DNA of 6,611 nucleotides from a virus: IMG/VR virus record IMGVR_UViG_3300029736_000184, positions 1 to 6,611 of that record; one strand, 5' to 3'. Shown piece by piece: positions 1 to 5,254 of this stretch (position 1 is its first letter; each line of letters starts with the position of its first letter). The notes under the pieces were generated by a model. It saw only the letters and a program-made list of their open reading frames with translations, ran no database searches and was not told where the DNA came from. The position numbers and the translations under genes were made by a program.

Positions 1-99
1 AAGACCAGTATTAGAGCCAAAACGAACAGACATTTTATAAGTACCAGATGCAGGCAATGAAGCCTTTAATAAACGAACACGAAAACCTAATACAGACAC
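1..99. repeat. Terminal direct repeat: 1..99 is identical to 6513..6611, the signature of a circular genome of about 6512 bp linearised with overlapping ends.
   Basis: Base-by-base comparison gives window pos p = pos p+6512 for p=1..99 (aagaccagtattagagcc...aatacagacac). A minus-strand ORF stays in frame across the junction (codon 3..1 continues at 6512..6510). Confidence 0.9.
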
Positions 100-453
100 A
101 CAATCATTAGGCAATCCAATAGACGCATAAAATTCAGAATTAAACGGAACAAAAGCCTCCCGTAAAACACCATGCATATCATAATATTCAGTAACAAGGC
201 GCAAACCAGTATAAGATACAGTATTAGATACACTAGGCATACCAGCATCAGAAAAAGGCACAAAATCTAACGTATCAAAATCATCCGATTCCATATAATC
301 CTGGGATGGCAATGCATTACTAAACGTGGAAACTGGAAGTTCCTTAGCGTCTGAAGAAGTAGCAACCATTGCAAAAGTAGTCAAAGGATATAAAATAACA
401 ACAACCAATAAAACACTCAATAATAAAATTTTACGCAACTCAATAGCAGACAT
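1..453 (-). CDS. N-terminal part (151 codons) of a 449-aa pIII-like minor coat / adsorption protein. It continues circularly into 6512..5616. Starts at ATG 453..451. Hydrophobic N-terminal signal peptide or signal anchor (MSAIELRKILLLSVLLVVVILYPLTTFAMVA...).
   Basis: Manual reverse-complement translation of 1..453. SD GGAGGT (466..461) sits 7 nt upstream of the ATG. The reading frame is identical to ORF 5616..6611 once the 99-bp terminal redundancy is removed. n-h-c signal-like N-terminus. Confidence 0.65.
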   Translation of the reverse strand, partial: MSAIELRKILLLSVLLVVVILYPLTTFAMVATSSDAKELPVSTFSNALPSQDYMESDDFDTLDFVPFSDAGMPSVSNTVSYTGLRLVTEYYDMHGVLREAFVPFNSEFYASIGLPNDCVSVLGFRVRLLKASLPASGTYKMSVRFGSNTGL

Positions 454-499
454 AAGTAACACCTCCAACTATTCGCGAAAGTCTAGTAATCAGTAAGCA

Positions 500-730
500 C
501 TAAACAGTAGGGTCCAAACTCAAGGAACCAACCGCAGAAACTATCTTGTTATGTATATCAGTGAATGCCTTAATCTGGGATTCATATAAAACAATACGCT
601 CATGAATATCAATATCCAAAGTGTCAAAGATTCTTTTATCCCGTTCATGACGGTGTTTTATAATATCCAATTTTTCCGTTGCCAATATGTCCAGATAGAG
701 CAGTTCAGTCTTATTAAAATCCACCTGCAT
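500..730 (-). CDS. Hypothetical 76-aa soluble protein (MQVDFNKTELLYLDILATEKLDIIKHRHERDKRIF...), likely helical and charged. Located between the acidic membrane protein gene and the pIII-like gene. The longer 98-aa track ORF (to 796) has no RBS.
   Basis: Internal ATG at 730..728 is preceded by AAGGAGGG (rc of 735..742) with about 7-nt spacing. Stop at 502..500. Same strand and operon orientation as the flanking genes. Confidence 0.45.
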   Translation of the reverse strand: MQVDFNKTELLYLDILATEKLDIIKHRHERDKRIFDTLDIDIHERIVLYESQIKAFTDIHNKIVSAVGSLSLDPTV

Positions 731-909
731 ATAACACCCTCCTTTACCATATCTGTAACACACGACACAGCTGGCTCCGGCCTGGCCTGGAATCACCTGC
801 AGGCGAAAATGTGTTACATAAATCCAAAACGAAGATATACAAAACGATTACGATTCGTACCCATAAATCCCCTGGCACTGTCAGCGGACAAGGAAATGAA
901 GATGTCCCA

Positions 910-1722
910 TCATATCCGTACACGGCCAGGACTGAACAGAGAGCGGTATATCACAAAAAGGAATGCTACCCCGGCAATGAAGATAATCAGCCAGTAATAT
1001 GTTCCCTCACTCTGGAGCATCGGATATTCCGCAAGGTCACTGTATACGATGTAATTATTCGCCTGGAGCCGAAAAGAACCTTCCGTGCCGGCTGACCAAG
1101 TATAATACCGGGAATCATAGGCAATATATTGCGCATCCTCCGCCGTGAACGTAGTACCATTACAAATCATATCCTTTGCATAAACCAAACGGTACGCATA
1201 CTGTCCGTGGCGGAACAGCACATAATGGACGTTCCCCAGCTTCGGAAGCACATCCGACATATAAGTTATCACTGTGGTGGAAATAGACGAATCATAAGGC
1301 GTATACGAGCTATAAACCACAGGAGAATTCACAGTCAGAATATTCGCTACCGTCTGGGCCTTTTTTGTGCGCCCAGCATTAGAAGCACTAGCAACGCGAG
1401 CATTAGAACCAGAAGCAACAGGAATATCTTCCATGTCATCATCGTCCTCAATATCAGCCATATCATCCTCATCTTCCTCATCCTCCTCCGCCAGCTCAGG
1501 ATACAAGATTTCCATTATCTGCTGATACTGGTCAAAGTCCATATCCTCATCAGGAACACTGGAAAGCCACCCATTTACATCATTCGTCTCAGCCTGAGGA
1601 TATCCCTCAGGAGCCATAAAATCCTCCTCAGTGAGCGTATACTCATCCGCAAAAGACCGAAAACAGTATAAAGCACACAGAACCAAACAAAGTAATACAC
1701 AATACATCCTCCTCCACATCAT
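910..1722 (-). CDS. 270-aa secreted and membrane-anchored protein. N-terminal Cys-rich signal peptide (MMWRRMYCVLLCLVLCALYCFRSFA). Long polyacidic low-complexity tract (EEDEEDEDDMADIEDDDDMED). Ala/Ser/Asn-rich linker, beta-rich Tyr/Thr/Ser-rich domain, and C-terminal TM helix (YYWLIIFIAGVAFLFVIYRSLF). Candidate second pIII-like minor virion or assembly protein.
   Basis: ORF track plus domain reading. ATG 1722..1720 overlaps the TGA (1721..1719) of the upstream 43-aa ORF as ATGA, indicating translational coupling. GAGGGGA motif upstream. Confidence 0.6.
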   Translation of the reverse strand: MMWRRMYCVLLCLVLCALYCFRSFADEYTLTEEDFMAPEGYPQAETNDVNGWLSSVPDEDMDFDQYQQIMEILYPELAEEDEEDEDDMADIEDDDDMEDIPVASGSNARVASASNAGRTKKAQTVANILTVNSPVVYSSYTPYDSSISTTVITYMSDVLPKLGNVHYVLFRHGQYAYRLVYAKDMICNGTTFTAEDAQYIAYDSRYYTWSAGTEGSFRLQANNYIVYSDLAEYPMLQSEGTYYWLIIFIAGVAFLFVIYRSLFSPGRVRI

Positions 1723-1850
1723 AAGCGTACATCCCCTCTAAAGGCCATCCCAAGGAACAATGAAACAACCCGCTGGCCAAGAGCAAACACAATTGCATAG
1801 GGCATTGCTTCCCGAATCACATCCGCAAATAATCCAATTGCAACCTGCAT
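1719..1850 (-). CDS. Small 43-aa hydrophobic membrane protein (MQVAIGLFADVIREAMPYAIVFALGQRVVSLFLGMAFRGDVRL). It is shorter than every ORF-track entry, the shortest being 61 aa. It starts 4 nt after the ATPase stop and is stop-start coupled (ATGA) to the 270-aa ORF. Candidate pXI/pVII/pIX-like small membrane component, or the separated TM segment of a split gene I.
   Basis: Manual translation of rc(1719..1850). ATG 1850..1848 is preceded by GGGGGTGAT SD-like sequence. One predicted TM helix. Overlaps both neighbours in an operon-typical way. Confidence 0.55.
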   Translation of the reverse strand: MQVAIGLFADVIREAMPYAIVFALGQRVVSLFLGMAFRGDVRL

Positions 1851-1854
1851 CCAA

Positions 1855-2523
1855 TCACCCCCAATCCTGGCGATACCGATTCATCACCGCATATGTATCA
1901 TAACTATCATAAAGCGCAGGAGAGTGGAACCAGAAAAACCGCTTGATACTGTTGGCAACGACCTCGCCGTCAACCTCCCGGGCATTTTTCGCGTCAATCA
2001 ACGCATTGACTTGAATGCACCGCAGCACCGTGCGACAGGCGACCGCATAGCGAAACTGCTCCCGGAAAGGTTTCGCAATTCGGCTGAATACCTGGGATGT
2101 GCCGACAATATGTTTCCGCTGTTTACGCTGCTGGGAGACGACCGTAAAAATATTGCTGTCCATCTTTTTCGATTCCAGGGAATTGAATTCCAGATGTATC
2201 TCATCAATCAGATAAATCACACCAGCATAACCATTATTAATATCTGTGAAGCAATGAACACCGTCCCAGGGATATACTTCAATGCCATCCGGGAGGCGCA
2301 AATCCATATTGCTGCACACCTTTACCTGGGGATACAGTTCACAAAGTTTCTGTACATACTGGACAGCACTGATTGTTTTACCGGCTCCCTGCATCCCACA
2401 AAAAACGATAATCCCATCCGGGTCAAAATACTCAGGATGCTGTTTACGGAATTCCTTGTTATACTTCCAGACCTTAAACACATTCCCAATGTCCAGGGAA
2501 CCCATATACCATTTAAAAGACAT
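1855..2523 (-). CDS. 222-aa P-loop NTPase resembling the N-terminal cytoplasmic ATPase domain of the inovirus assembly protein pI / Zot family. Walker A GMQGAGKT, Walker B VIYLIDEIH, and an NMDLRLP segment reminiscent of Ff pI NLDLRLQ. It lacks the TM and periplasmic C-terminal part found in Ff pI and Zot. The track ORF extends to 2685 but that N-terminal extension overlaps the coat gene and terminator and is not credible.
   Basis: ATG 2523..2521 is preceded by GGAGGT (rc 2530..2535) with 5-nt spacing. Motifs read directly. Sits immediately downstream of the coat gene terminator. Confidence 0.8.
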   Translation of the reverse strand: MSFKWYMGSLDIGNVFKVWKYNKEFRKQHPEYFDPDGIIVFCGMQGAGKTISAVQYVQKLCELYPQVKVCSNMDLRLPDGIEVYPWDGVHCFTDINNGYAGVIYLIDEIHLEFNSLESKKMDSNIFTVVSQQRKQRKHIVGTSQVFSRIAKPFREQFRYAVACRTVLRCIQVNALIDAKNAREVDGEVVANSIKRFFWFHSPALYDSYDTYAVMNRYRQDWG

Positions 2524-2537
2524 GACAACCTCCAAAT

Positions 2538-2566
2538 AAAAAAAGGGAGTGGCAACCGCCACCCCC
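2538..2566 (-). terminator. Rho-independent terminator on the minus strand, directly after the major coat gene. Stem GGGGUGGC/GCCACUCC (8 bp, one G.U pair), loop GGUU, followed by UUUUUUU. Analogous to the strong terminator after gene VIII in Ff phages.
   Basis: Plus strand 2538..2544 is an A7 run (T7 on minus). 2545..2553 and 2558..2565 form a GC-rich inverted repeat. Located in the 49-nt gap between the coat stop (2576) and the ATPase start (2523). Confidence 0.75.
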
Positions 2567-2575
2567 AACCCTGAG

Positions 2576-2866
2576 CTACATGGACACCTTACCTTTACGG
2601 AATGCTGACATGAGTGTACGGACTGCCTTGCGACCGCCCCACCACATGAACACCAGGCCGATGCCGGCACCGATGGCTGTAGCAATCACACCCACTACCG
2701 TCGACACGGATATCTGACCCGTCATAGCTGAAATGATAGGCGCCCAGTCCGTGGATGTGACAGTGGCCCCAGCTTCGGATGCCAAAGCCGGAAAAGATGA
2801 AACTGCCATAAGACCAGTAGCGACCGGGAGAGTGCCATACTTTTTCAAAGACTGATACAACTTCAC
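2576..2866 (-). CDS. Major coat protein precursor (g8p-like), 96 aa with a GTG start. About 29-aa signal peptide (KLYQSLKKYGTLPVATGLMAVSSFPALA | SEAG, with an AxA cleavage site). Mature part has an acidic N-terminus, a Gly/Ala-rich TM helix (VVGVIATAIGAGIGLVFMWW) and a basic DNA-binding C-tail (RKAVRTLMSAFRKGK).
   Basis: GTG 2866..2864 is preceded by AAAGGAGG (rc 2874..2881) with 7-nt spacing. Classic acidic-hydrophobic-basic tripartite architecture of inovirus major coat proteins. Followed by an intrinsic terminator. Confidence 0.7.
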   Translation of the reverse strand: MKLYQSLKKYGTLPVATGLMAVSSFPALASEAGATVTSTDWAPIISAMTGQISVSTVVGVIATAIGAGIGLVFMWWGGRKAVRTLMSAFRKGKVSM

Positions 2867-2881
2867 CTTAAATCCTCCTTT

Positions 2882-3115
2882 CTAGTTAATGCCCACAAGT
2901 GCAACCTTACCCGATACCGGGTTATATTCTAATTCCGCCATTACATCGGAATAAGGTTCAATACCGGAATACCTGCCATATGCCTCCGCATCCACATAGC
3001 AGCGAAGAGAATCCAATCCCTGAGCAAAGCCAGCGACATAAAATGTCTGGGACGGGTCCTTGAAGCCCTGCCTTTTTTCAACACCTAAAAATTTAAATTC
3101 ACCCTGTACTTTCAT
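2882..3115 (-). CDS. 77-aa beta-rich protein in the gene V position. Candidate ssDNA-binding protein (gVp-like). It contains LRCYVDAEAY, reminiscent of the QLCYVDLGNEY DNA-binding region of Ff gVp.
   Basis: ATG 3115..3113 is preceded by AAGGAGGT (rc 3121..3128) with 6-nt spacing. Its TAG stop lies inside the coat-gene RBS region, so the two genes are tightly packed. Composition is Gly/Tyr/Val-rich with no TM. Confidence 0.45.
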   Translation of the reverse strand: MKVQGEFKFLGVEKRQGFKDPSQTFYVAGFAQGLDSLRCYVDAEAYGRYSGIEPYSDVMAELEYNPVSGKVALVGIN

Positions 3116-3159
3116 AACATACCTCCTTAACCATTCAACCAGTATTCAAATATCTAACA

Positions 3160-3181
3160 GGAGATACAGGAAAATATCTCC
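3160..3181. promoter_or_regulatory. 7-bp inverted repeat GGAGATA / TATCTCC with an 8-nt spacer, in the leader about 45 nt upstream of the ORF77 start. Candidate hairpin (attenuator or ssDNA structural element) or protein-binding site.
   Basis: Read directly: ggagata(3160..3166) caggaaaa tatctcc(3175..3181). Flanked by a repeated aaatatct. Confidence 0.3.
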
Positions 3182-3402
3182 CCTCTGGAATTGTGTCCAG
3201 AACATCCATACCACTTTACCGCTGATATGGCACGGCCGGAGACTTCTTAAACACCGAACAGATATACCGACTTACACGGATAGCTGTTTCCTCAGCCAGT
3301 ATGTACAAAAATCTGAAATCATGGTAAAATAGTTGTACCCCTACACCTATTCGGAATGACTCAGATTTTCGGAAGGTTACCAATGCACCTACAACAACCA
3401 CT

Positions 3403-3475
3403 TTGACATTTGGTGAGTACCGTCAGTATCGGTTACTCACTACTTGCTTTTACAATAACATAAAAGTGAGTAACT
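3403..3475 (+). promoter_or_regulatory. Control region for the plus-strand RHH gene. TTGACA (3403..3408). Inverted repeat GTGAGTACCG (3413..3422) / CGGTTACTCAC (3430..3440) with a 7-nt spacer. Third copy GTGAGTAAC (3466..3474). TACAAT -10-like hexamer (3451..3456). Candidate three-site operator for the RHH repressor, with divergent promoters toward the structural operon.
   Basis: Motifs read directly. Exact hexamer spacing to a -35 is not canonical, so promoter assignment is tentative. The repeats are unambiguous. Confidence 0.5.
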
Positions 3476-3497
3476 GTCAACACCATGGAGGGAAATT

Positions 3498-3704
3498 ATG
3501 CCAACAAAAAAGCCACGTGTGCAAACAATACTAAATGAAGATATATATGAGAAATTCAAAACATTATGTGACAAAGAGATGAGAACTGAAAGTCAAATGG
3601 CATCAATCATAATTACAAAATATATAAATGACTATGAAGCCCAGCAGAACCGGACAGAGCAGAAGAGTAAACTGGAAAAGTCATCTATCTCAAAGACTGG
3701 TTAA
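3498..3704 (+). CDS. 68-aa ribbon-helix-helix (CopG/Arc/MetJ-type) DNA-binding regulator. N-terminal beta-strand KPRVQTILNEDIYEK followed by two helices. Encoded on the opposite strand to all other phage genes. Candidate phage repressor or switch protein.
   Basis: ATG 3498 is preceded by GGAGGG (3488..3493) with 4-nt spacing. RHH sequence pattern. Sits immediately downstream of the triple operator repeats. Confidence 0.65.
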   Translation: MPTKKPRVQTILNEDIYEKFKTLCDKEMRTESQMASIIITKYINDYEAQQNRTEQKSKLEKSSISKTG

Positions 3705-3714
3705 AGAAACTCAT

Positions 3715-3743
3715 GAAAAAACGGAGCAGTACGCGCTGCTCCG
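3715..3743 (-). terminator. GC-rich hairpin CGGAGCAG-TACGCG-CTGCTCCG (3722..3743) followed on the minus strand by UUUUUU (plus-strand A6 at 3716..3721). Intrinsic terminator for minus-strand (Rep operon) transcripts. On the plus strand the same hairpin abuts the SD of the 26-aa peptide gene without a U-tract.
   Basis: 8-bp perfect stem with 6 GC pairs and a 6-nt loop. T-run present only on the minus strand. Located about 200 nt downstream of the ORF112/148 stop, after the minus strand has passed antisense through 3760..3840. Confidence 0.6.
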
Positions 3744-3759
3744 CTGGAAGGAGAATACC

Positions 3760-3840
3760 ATGAATATTGAATCACCAAACTTTTGGATTGCCATCTTTAT
3801 TATCGCAACTATTATCGGAATCATAATAAAGAAAAAATGA
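3760..3840 (+). CDS. 26-aa hydrophobic peptide MNIESPNFWIAIFIIATIIGIIIKKK. Single TM helix with a C-terminal KKK. Has its own strong SD. Resembles type I toxin / small membrane peptide architecture (Fst/Hok/Ldr-like) or a pVII/pIX-like small virion protein.
   Basis: AAGGAG (3748..3753) + 6 nt + ATG 3760. Stop TGA 3838..3840. The 70-aa track ORF 3628..3840 is the same frame extended upstream, but that start lies inside the RHH gene and has no RBS. Confidence 0.5.
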   Translation: MNIESPNFWIAIFIIATIIGIIIKKK

Positions 3841-3942
3841 TAGCATTCGTAAAAGCCAACACCTGTATACAAAGCAAGGCTAATTCAATATGCGTATATT
3901 GCCGTTGACAGGGAGAGTTAAGCCATAACCATATTTTATTTA

Positions 3943-4281
3943 TCATTGATTCCCCTCTTTTCTTTTATCAACAATTATGTTACACTTTCTCTCTACATAT
4001 GACATAAGGTCATCCAATGACCGGAGACGGGAATCAATGTTGTTTAAATCTCTCTTGATAGAATCACGCAAATCAGACAGTTCCATAAACTCATTCCATT
4101 CCCTATCAGCCATCTTTTTATAGGATTCATACTTAGACTTTACCTCTGGCAGTCTGTCATAACAAAAGAGTACCAGATTCTCAAACTTTGCGTTCAAACT
4201 ATCACCTTCCATTGCTTCCAGAATCTCCGCCACTCTGTCTGAATACCTAAATGAACGTATATTATTCTTAGCACTTTTCAT
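3943..4281 (-). CDS. 112-aa protein (148 aa if started at ATG 4389) in the gene X position after rep. N-terminus looks RHH-like (IRSFRYSDRVAEILEAMEG...LNAKFENLVLF). C-terminal half is a charged coiled-coil-like region. Candidate DNA-binding or replication accessory protein.
   Basis: ATG 4281..4279 is preceded by AAAGGTGAT SD-like sequence. The upstream ATG at 4389 lacks an SD, and its N-terminal 36 aa are low-complexity. Same strand as rep, 26 nt after the rep stop. Confidence 0.45.
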   Translation of the reverse strand: MKSAKNNIRSFRYSDRVAEILEAMEGDSLNAKFENLVLFCYDRLPEVKSKYESYKKMADREWNEFMELSDLRDSIKRDLNNIDSRLRSLDDLMSYVERKCNIIVDKRKEGNQ

Positions 4282-4415
4282 AATCACATCACCTTTCATT
4301 TCATTGTAACACATTTTTGCTGCAGGAAATTCCCCGGCCAGCCCGGCTCCGGAAGATACATGTGTTACATTCCTTAAACACCTTGACATTCATCAATTTA
4401 TAAGCTACACTGATA

Positions 4416-5243
4416 TCAAACCTCATATATATTAACTGATTGGGTCATGTCCCCATAACACACTTGCGAAACCTTCTTGAACCTTGAACTGTCATCCAGT
4501 TCCTGGGACAGAATGAACCGGTCTGTGGCATCCAGGATAAAAACCTCTTCCAAAGGCAAAACCAAATTCCTGGAACACCAATAACGTTTTCTACCATGCA
4601 GACCGTTCAACATATCTTTCGTGATGTACTTTGTTATGTAGGACGTGACCTTTTCCATCTCACGAACCCTTGTAGCCGTCATCCAACCCAACTTATAACT
4701 GCCTATCTTATATATCTTTTCTTTCGTACGAACAAACTTACTTCTAAGCCCACGGACACGCTTTATAACATACTTACCAGTCCATACTATCTGATGTTCA
4801 TTCATCCCACTAAATAATCCATGAAAATGATATGCGCCATCCTTATGTTGTTCAGGAACAACCAGATAGGAGAGAGCAGGAGAGGAACGTTTTAGATTAT
4901 TAAACCATTTACTAAGATACTTTGTACATTCATCATAATCATAACGATTCACTTTATCAGGACTGAAAGTAAAAGTGACAAACCATTCCCATTCATTTGA
5001 TTTAGCATAATCATAGACCTTTTTCTTTGTTCGTTTTATACTCACCTCATCCACATGGTTTTTATAGTCCTTTATATCAACCAATATTTCCTTACAAACC
5101 TTACCGTCAAATGGATTCCGTTCCCCCTTCTTATGAGGCCGTACAGGAATACTTAAATCATCCGTACCAATCGTATTATGATAAATACGATACTGTTTTG
5201 TAAGGTCAGGATAAGTGATTATCTTGACATTATACGGTTCCAT
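4416..5243 (-). CDS. rep: Rolling-circle replication initiator of the HUH superfamily, 275 aa. Motif I FVTFTF, motif II HFHGLF (HUH), motif III YITKYITK (two catalytic Tyr, YxxKY, as in phiX174 gpA-type Reps). No helicase domain.
   Basis: Motifs read in order and with typical spacing (about residues 96, 140, 205). ATG 5243..5241 is preceded by GGGGGA. Followed by the ORF112 gene on the same strand. Confidence 0.85.
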   Translation of the reverse strand: MEPYNVKIITYPDLTKQYRIYHNTIGTDDLSIPVRPHKKGERNPFDGKVCKEILVDIKDYKNHVDEVSIKRTKKKVYDYAKSNEWEWFVTFTFSPDKVNRYDYDECTKYLSKWFNNLKRSSPALSYLVVPEQHKDGAYHFHGLFSGMNEHQIVWTGKYVIKRVRGLRSKFVRTKEKIYKIGSYKLGWMTATRVREMEKVTSYITKYITKDMLNGLHGRKRYWCSRNLVLPLEEVFILDATDRFILSQELDDSSRFKKVSQVCYGDMTQSVNIYEV

Positions 5244-5254
5244 ATTTCCCCCTG

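Noticed and set aside
602-1671. Plus-strand ORFs 602..997, 811..1095 and 1129..1671 (Arg/Ile/His-rich)
   Set aside because: They are antisense to ORF76 and ORF270 and have no SDs. Their composition is the mirror of the acidic and Tyr-rich coding strand. Classic shadow ORFs.
1942-1948. Exact CTTGATA on the plus strand, and TATCTTGACAT at 5219..5229 on the plus strand, as nick sites
   Set aside because: Both are on the non-coding (complementary) strand and inside coding regions. The intergenic minus-strand copy beside the GC hairpin is the plausible one. A 7-mer is expected about once by chance in 13 kb.
1924-2574. Plus-strand 216-aa ORF and the nested 1998..2207, 2282..2539 and 2322..2555 ORFs
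   Set aside because: Antisense or alternate-frame to the well-supported pI-like ATPase. No RBS and no recognisable motifs.
1855-2685. Full 276-aa track ORF for the ATPase, with a 54-aa N-terminal extension
   Set aside because: The extension has no RBS and overlaps the coat gene 3' end and the intrinsic terminator. The internal ATG at 2523 has a GGAGGT SD and begins exactly at the conserved ATPase domain.
3060-3401. ORFs 3060..3332 (+) and 3216..3401 (-) in the divergent leader
   Set aside because: No SD. GTG or weak starts. The first is antisense to ORF77. Treated as a non-coding regulatory region.
3628-3840. 70-aa plus-strand ORF as the real product instead of the 26-aa peptide
   Set aside because: Its start lies inside the RHH gene in another frame with no SD. 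The downstream ATG 3760 has a strong AAGGAG and begins exactly at the hydrophobic segment.
3888-3933. AATATGCGTATATT near-palindrome and TTGACA (3905..3910) as a plus-strand promoter
   Set aside because: No gene follows on the plus strand and no acceptable -10. Noted only as a possible protein-binding site in the second intergenic region.
3951-3990. dif/XerCD-like attP around TTATGTTACAC
   Set aside because: Only the XerD-arm-like 11-mer is reasonable. The XerC arm and spacer do not match any dif consensus I can recall, and the segment lies within the C-terminal coding region of ORF112/148.
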